A stretch of DNA of 64,000 nt from Eledone cirrhosa (Eukaryota): assembly GCA_964016885.1 (NCBI GenBank), contig OZ024745.1, positions 61,194,001 to 61,258,000 of the forward strand, given 5' to 3'. Under the pieces are notes generated by a model that saw nothing but the letters and a program-made list of their open reading frames with translations, searched no databases and was not told the DNA's origin. This document shows, piece by piece, positions 56,574 through 64,000 of the stretch (position 1 is the first letter of the stretch; every line of letters begins with the position of its first letter). Both the position numbers and the translations under genes were made by a program.

Positions 56574-58425
56574 TGTTGCTAAACATACTCAAAGGTGTAT
56601 GTAGTCATGTTAAACCAGGCAACGGATTAAGTCTACTACCAAAAAAACAAGAACTATATTTGTGATGGGCTTCCAAAGTTTGCAATAACCAAATTTCCCT
56701 CAAGTTTTGACTTACTTTTAACCCTTTAGTATTCACATTAATCTATATATACTATTATATTTTCATGGTAAATGCTTTATCTCACATAATATCGAATCTA
56801 TGAGATTTTGAAAGTATTTTGAGAACAATACCTTAACATCAGTTTAAGTGACCAGTTACAGCCAGTTTGAACAGAAAAAGGTAGAGAATTCTGGCCGGTT
56901 TGAACATTAAGTTATGGTAGAAGACACATCCACTGTAGCATACAGTGGGATTGAACCTGAGAACAGGTGGACACTGCCAACTATAACACGGACGAGAAGA
57001 AGAGAGTCAAATACTGGGGTTTGACAGGCCACTTCCTTTTCATGCCAATTGCTGTTGAGACCTCTAGTGTCCTCGGTCTTTGAATTGCCATTTTCCTCCA
57101 CAAATTTGGAAAGAGTGTATCCCACTTGGAGTGGTTGATGCAGCAGGTGTTGCTGGCTGTTTTATCCATGGGTCTCATCTGAAATATACCACCTTTAGAA
57201 TCTGCCACTTCCTACTCCCTATCCTTTACTTTCACAATTAAATATTTTCTGTTTTATTTCAAACATTATATTATTTAACTGAAATTTGGCGAATAAAGCC
57301 CCTTATCCATTTAAAAATTAAAAGTTTAAAGATATAACTCAAAAGGGATATCTGCTCTGAAGTTGCTGCTTTCCCATTGACTTTGAAAGATGTATTTATT
57401 TCAAGAATTTCCCCAATTCTATCAGTTTGTACAATACTAACCAGAGCTGCAGGTGTGATGAGCTAAGGTGGTAGACTACTTATCAAAGGGTCAACACTGT
57501 GCTCTGTTGTGTACTTAGCTAATATATACAATCATCCAATAATATAGTTTACTTAGTTATAAAGTGTTATCTATGTATGGTACATCTTACTGTTGTTGTT
57601 TAGCCTCAAGTCAGCTCTAACTGGGCAGGAATATGATCAAATGCATTTCAGCCATGATCATCCTGACATTTTTCAGACTTTGTGTAACTTGGCTGCTATT
57701 TTTAGTTGATTGAGTGATCACAAATGCTTCTATCTGTTCCTATCTCTGACCACATGGGGCTGAGGTATCAGGTCACGTAGTCATGCCTTTGCCTGCCCTC
57801 TGGTTCTTCACCACTGCCTTGGTGTCCGCTCTCTTACTCTAATAGTCTACATGTTGTCCCTAAAATGGGAAACATGGCCAGCTCATCTATGTTTACCCTT
57901 CTTTGTGGTCTTGATTATGTCCTTCACTACAATCCAAGCGATGGTCTTCCATTTTACGTTGGGTCACTTCAAGAATCTCTGCTGTGGTGCTGAATTCCTA
58001 TGTCTCACTTTCGTAAGTTATCACTGGTAGAACATAATCATTAAACAGCTTTCTAGTGGTTTCGATTGTTGACTTGGTACTTTTAATGATGTTATAAACT
58101 TTTCCAAAAGAAGTCCAGTCAAAAACATCCTTCTTTTAACCTCTGGAAGTAGGGCACCATCTCTTGCAATCTTCTTTCCAAGATAAAAAGGTATTAAACT
58201 GTGACCATGTCGTTTTTTCCTGTATGTCTAGAACATTATCCAGCGTGTCTTTTCTAAGACGGTTAGGTGTGGTTTGACGGAGATTCAACTACTACTCGTA
58301 GCGCGTCATGCTACTTAATTTTGTAAGTGACGTCACTATAATTGCCACGCTTTTTGTTACTTTAGACAGCTGAATTCCAATCTTTGATCGTATATTTTGG
58401 TGCGTTGTTTTTGTAAGGTTCCTAG

Positions 58426-59046
58426 GGCGATATCCAATTTTAGCTGTCTAAATGCCGCTTACTTGCTGCTTACTTCAATGTATGAGGCTATTCCAACAAA
58501 TTTACATTCTCCCTTTTTTTTAGCCACTTTTTTTTTTTTGCGATTTATTAGAGAGGGGGGGGGGGGCTCCCTTCTTCTCTTACCTGTACAAGCCGATATA
58601 GAGAGATGGCCCACGTACACGGGCCATAATTGCTACTTTCACCCATCTTTCATGGAATTGGCTGTGACTGAGTGCCTTTTTCTCCAAGAGGACCATTTGT
58701 TGGCCGGCGACATATCCCCACAGTTTCCTCGTTGCAAACGCATTTGCGACATTTCTTTTCCAAGGGGTTTCCGTCCCTGAATCCGTGTCTGTAGAGCCTT
58801 TCCCGAACGGGCAGGGCCCCTCGGTATAATAGTAAGTATTAGTGGTTGTAATAAAAATGCAGTAAGAGAAGAAGGGAGCACCCCCCTCTCTAATAAATCG
58901 CAAAAAGAAAAAAAAAAAAATCTATATTTCTTTTAACGGCTAAAAAAAAGGGGGAATGTAAATTTGTTGGAATAGCCTCATACATTGAAGTAAGCAGCAA
59001 CTGCAGCAAGTAAGCGGCATTTAGACAGCTAAAATTGGATATCGCC
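58426..59046. mobile_element. Second, internally deleted copy of the long-TIR cargo element with an 8-bp TSD
   Basis: GTTCCTAG|GGCGATATCCAATTTTAGC ... GCTAAAATTGGATATCGCC|GTTCCTAG; internal ~280 bp nearly identical to 1680-1990. Confidence 0.93.
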
Positions 59047-59138
59047 GTTCCTAGCAATAGTTAATTGTATTTATACTTCCATTCTGAAAGAATTATGAAC
59101 AATTTGTAATATTATTTATACAACTGTGGATAAAAAAT

Positions 59139-59360
59139 AAAATGGAACGTCATTTTTATTTACTTCTTCGTCCACTTATTCCTGAGAGGGTCGTGGAGGA
59201 AGAGTGCTCAAACACTCCTTCCAGCGAGTCCTGTCAGAAATAACCAGTTGGAGACAATCGCTCTTGAGAGGACTCGCTGGAAAAGTGTTTGAGGTTTCTG
59301 CCTCGACGACCCTGTTAGGAATAAGTGGGCGAGGAAGTGAATAAAATTGACGTTCCATTT
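59139..59360. repeat. Imperfect ~220-bp hairpin made of two inverted RTE 3' ends plus inverted flanks
   Basis: AAATGGAACGTCATTTTTATT..CCACTTATTCCT..CTCAAACAC..CCAGCGAGTCCT / AGGACTCGCTGG..GTGTTTGAG..AGGAATAAGTGG..AATAAAATTGACGTTCCATTT. Confidence 0.8.
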
Positions 59361-60469
59361 CGAGCCTCCCTCGAGGAGAAAAAGAATGTGTTCCAAGCGG
59401 CTGGTTTGTTCTAGATGCACTATACAGAACAAAAAACAAACAAAAGACCCACTTAGTCCTTAATTTCACGTTTATTCTGTCCTAGAATAAATGAATGATA
59501 AATACAGTAAGCTGGTTAATAGCACGAGTTATGTCCCTTTAATTTCACGTGTAATAATGACAAATAGACCGCAGAAATTTTGGAAATTAGAAAAAATTCT
59601 TTTTATTAGAAATAAATTAATTCCATAAATTTTTATAAACTAAAATTTATTCCATTTTATTTTAAATCTCATACCAATTTTATTACTTGAAATATTTTCA
59701 TAGTGACATAATTGACGCCTTCCCAGCGAACCTAGCGGAACACCAATACTTAGTAGTAGATGTGGAAAGAGATTCTGAGACTGAATGGAATCATACGATG
59801 TTATTGCTAACCAGCCTGTTGTTATTGACAACGTGAGTATTATAATTAATGACATAAAGACAGATTAAAAGACACTAGCAATGTTATATGTATATCTATT
59901 TGACTTAAATATTTCTATTTAACTCTGATCATTTGGGGTGTTCCATCAAATATTGTCCTTATGACTCATCTTTTACCGCACTATCAGCTTCTTGGCTAAT
60001 TATTCTTACGATCAGCTGGGGAATTTTCTATTTCAACTCGTATAAAGATTAGTCTTGTGTTTGACAATCATTTAAAAGATTCTATTTTTTAAAAATGAAG
60101 TAATAGCTGTCTGTAGTTCGGTAACTTTTGATAATAGGTTCGACTTAATTATAAGTCAACTAGCACTGACTTGCAACTTCCGTTATCTCCATTACTCCCA
60201 CCACTACAATTATGCCCAGCTTTACGAATATATATGTGTGTGTATATATATATAAAGGTTTATACCTTTTATTTTAATTTTTTCTTGTTCACCTAATTTT
60301 TTCAAAAATATGGAATATTATTGAATTTGAGATATAACAAAGTTCTAGTTAATGACACACCCATCTGGCTTTTTATTAAATCTTGTGGAGCGGCTAAGAT
60401 GTCCCGCACACCATAATTATCGTTTGCCCCTTTATTACCTAATATTTATAAATGTCGAAATAGGCTTTC

Positions 60470-60503
<34 letters not shown>

Positions 60504-61018
60504 TGTACGTACAGTTAACCAATGTTTAGACGTTTACTCTGTTCGCTCACACTTGCAACAAATGTCACTTGCTAAATTGACAGACAACTAGTTTTATCAT
60601 AGAGCAATTTTAAAAGCAATACTTTTAAACCTATTTGATTGGAAATTCTTATATTTCTTCACTGGTGATATTGTTTAAGATGTTTGATATATTTCTAAGC
60701 CGGTTTAGCCTATATACAAGAATAATAACCACGAAATACAAACTATATTTAACAGAACACTAAGGTTTAGTTTAAAATATTGTCGATGGAAAATTTTAAT
60801 AGAATGTTAAGTCAATTTTATTGAAAGTATTACTAATCCAAGTGCATAATTAATGATAGCGTTAATTTTAACGCGCACTTTGTTTTTTTTTTAAAGGGAG
60901 CATTCCTTCGTTATTCGTACGCCGAATGTTAGTATAGGAATAAAAGAATATGATTTCCTACATTAATACAAAGTTATATATTTATTAATGGGCCGTAATT
61001 TGACCTCAACTCCTGTCT

Positions 61019-61061
<43 letters not shown>

Positions 61062-61502
61062 TATCGATTCTGGAAGTTTAGAGACATCAAAGTATTTCGT
61101 CCAGTATTCTATAATTAGTTAAAACCGCAATGGGGGATAGAATAATAATAATAATAATAAAAATAATATAACTATCATGAACCTTGTCTCGTAATTATCT
61201 CCCTTTGGAACTTTTAAAATGTACACACAAACAAAGGTGTGTGTGTGTGTGTGTGGGGGGGGGGGGGTCAATAATTTAATTATTTCAATATATATTTTTT
61301 ATTGAAAATTATTTGCTTCGACTGTAAGATGAGTAAAGTCTTAGTTGTTCATTGGGATTAAATCGTATTCCGGTGCAACCCAAAATATTGGCACCAAATT
61401 TGGTAATAAACATGTCCATAATCGATTCCTCTCAGGGTCAACCTAACCTTTTATTTGATCATAGTATTTCGTGTTTTAGCATTAATATATATATATATAT
61501 AG

Positions 61503-61584
61503 TAAAGAGTCGGGACCCTGAGCTCTTGCCGTTTCAACAGTTAGTTCCGGAACAAGAGCTCAGCTGTCGGGTCCCGACTCTTTA
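61503..61584. repeat. GC-rich hairpin
   Basis: TAAAGAGTCGGGACCC/GGGTCCCGACTCTTTA outer stem and TGAGCTCTTG/CAAGAGCTCA inner stem. Confidence 0.8.
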
Positions 61585-61861
61585 TAATATTGCCATACTC
61601 TACTACTCCACGTATTGAGTACTATATTGAGTATAATGCTGAGCAAACTGGTTTTATCCTGATATATATATATATATATGTTTATCCCGGGTTCAATCGG
61701 GTGTAACCACAGTAAGAGCTTCCCAATGATTTCTCCTGAATGAAACAGTTCTAGTCCTGTAGAAGCCATTTCTATATTATATATATATATATAAACTAAT
61801 ATATTTCTTCCATTTACTGTGTTGTTTGTTTCGTTATTTTTGTTATTTCTGTTTACCTTTT

Positions 61862-61893
<32 letters not shown>

Positions 61894-63357
61894 CAGTTAT
61901 TCATTGATTAAAGAGAAATTAAAACATTCTACAAGTGTGTGTATGCAACATGTGGTGTGGTAAATGGTAAATATACATACATACCAGGTCTGTCCACAAA
62001 GGAACCAAACTCCCACTATCACTGCCTCCATCTCTCCCCATCTCTCACTATTATGAGCATATGGAGGCCCACCCGCTGGCCGCTCTGCATCCCCGGTGGA
62101 GAGAATGGAGAAAGCATTTCCCCGGAGGATGGTGAGGGAGACATGCTGTATGAGCCATTCCAGCCCACAAGGCTCACACCTGTGCTGATGGTGGCGAGTA
62201 GAGAGGTGGCCCTAGGGTGAAAGACACCAGAAGTTTCCACTGGCAACTGGCCCAGCTAGAAGAGTCAGTGGTATCTATGAATAGCATTGTAGACGTTGCT
62301 AATTGTCAGAAAGACAACTGTCAATGGCTAGGTTGATTATATTGTCAATAGGGGCCATCTGAAGATAGACTTCCCCTTTGCTAGCTCGTAAGTGTTGTAT
62401 GAATGATGAGTTATTTGTTTGTTTCCTTGCAGTACTGAGCTCAGATTTTCTTGTAGGCATAGAGGAAGCAACAGGGTAGCTATTCAGTGTCTTTTTTTTT
62501 TTCTGAAGCATTAACACAGGCAATCTCTTCAATGATTTACAAGGCATCATTTCTGAACTAATAATAAATTTACAACTCTCAAAACATATTTAATGAATTC
62601 CTGTGTTGTACCTTGGATGAATATGCATTGCTCAGATGCCATGAATACATCATCATCATCATCAATGTTTTAACCTTTTAGCATTTACATTACTCTGTAT
62701 TCACTATTGTATTTTCGTAGTAAAGGCTTTATCTCACATAATATTGAATCTATGAGGTTTTGATATTATTTATTTTGAGAACAATACCTTAACATCAATA
62801 TAAGTGGCTGGTCACGGCTAGTTTGAACAGAAGGAGGTGAGACAATTCTGGCCGGATACAGCTGATGTTGTTTACAATTCTGACATGAGTTGGATAGGCT
62901 TGCTACACAATATTCATTATATATTGCTCAAAGATGATAAACAGTGTTATGTTATGTATCACTGAAAGGAATAAGCACATCATCACATTAACTACAGTGA
63001 TATTACATATATTGCTCAGAGGTACCATACAATGATAACATGTGGACTACAATAATATGATCTGTATTCCCAAGAGCTAACACATCATCATCAATTTACT
63101 TACCATGTTGGTATTGGTTGGATGGTTTACAGAATCTTGCCCTACTTCTATGTTCCATTTTGGCATAATCTATACCAGGATGTTCTTCCTAATGCCAACC
63201 ACTTTACAGAGTTAACTGGGTGCTTACTAAAATAATATTTTGTTGCTCGGAAGTCATAATTATATTCATAACATTGCTGAAATACACTAAATTCTATATC
63301 ATTATCCTTAGCAATGTTTTAACATACCTCTATGCTGGCATTATTTATACATGTTAG

Positions 63358-63795
63358 GATGGTGGATTGGCAGTATCGGTAGAAGGTCGGACGCTATGCT
63401 TGAAAAATAGAGTTACGGCCTTTTATGATCTGAGTTCAAATCCCGCCGAGGTTAACTTTGCCTTTCATCCTTACGGGGGTGATAAAATAAAGTACCAGTC
63501 ACGAACTGGGGTCGATTTCAATTGACTTCCCCCTCCCCCACAATTGCTGGCCTTGTGCCTATAGTAGAAATCATTCTTTATACATGTTAGGGCAGTGGAT
63601 TGGCAGTATCGGTAGAGCATTCGACAACATGCTTTGTGGCATATAGTTATGGCTCTTTACGTTCTGTGTCCTGCTGAATTTAGCTTTGCCTTTCATCCTA
63701 ACGGCGTTGACAAAATAAAATACCAGTAATGTACTGAGGTCGATTAAATTGACTTTTCCCCTACCTCAAAATTGTTGGCCTTTTGCCTAAATCTG
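63358..63795 (+). mobile_element. Two tandem Deu/Nin-like tRNA-derived SINEs
   Basis: Same head and core as the 5050-5470 pair. Confidence 0.85.
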
Positions 63796-64000
63796 ACTAT
63801 TATTTATAAATGTCTTCTATACAGTATATTGTCAATTATTTTGATTTTTCATCGTCTCAGCTGTGAAATCCAGCATTTTTTACATCTTTGTTGGTCATAT
63901 TTTTCCTCTAATGGCAGCACACAACTCTGTCACCTTGTGGTCATCATCAATTGTTTTTCTATGTTAGGACAGTCAGCTCTTCATATACCGGCTGATGTTT

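Noticed and set aside
56907-57208. Possible exon or ORF on the minus strand
   Set aside because: No recognisable homology or convincing splice sites; probably a decayed repeat.

Overview
AT-rich eukaryotic genomic DNA, most likely an octopod cephalopod judging by its SINE/RTE repeat landscape (inference). The host gene is the 3' half of a DOCK-A family Rac-GEF (DOCK1/DOCK180/mbc-like): 27 phase-consistent + strand exons from 3851 to 28714, one of them followed by a U12-type intron, and probably a long 3' UTR. The most unusual part is the intron at the window start (1-3431). It holds a divergent rhabdovirus-like nucleoprotein gene (endogenous viral element, - strand) lying downstream of an LTR and tRNA-Trp primer-binding site, where gag would normally sit. 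Between them is a ~1.8 kb foldback TIR element whose two arms each carry a captured first coding exon of an RMND5/GID2-like host gene. A shorter copy of that TIR element, with an 8-bp target-site duplication, is at 58426-59046. Also present: an intact but apparently catalytically dead hAT/ZBED ORF (43133-44950), a complete U6 snRNA gene with TATA box and octamer, an RTE LINE with an inserted PHD finger, CRE and mariner relics, a second LTR-PBS element nested in a hammerhead-bearing palindrome, several minimal hammerhead ribozyme motifs, and many SINEs, MITEs and tandem repeats. All identifications are by eye from remembered motifs; no database searches were run.
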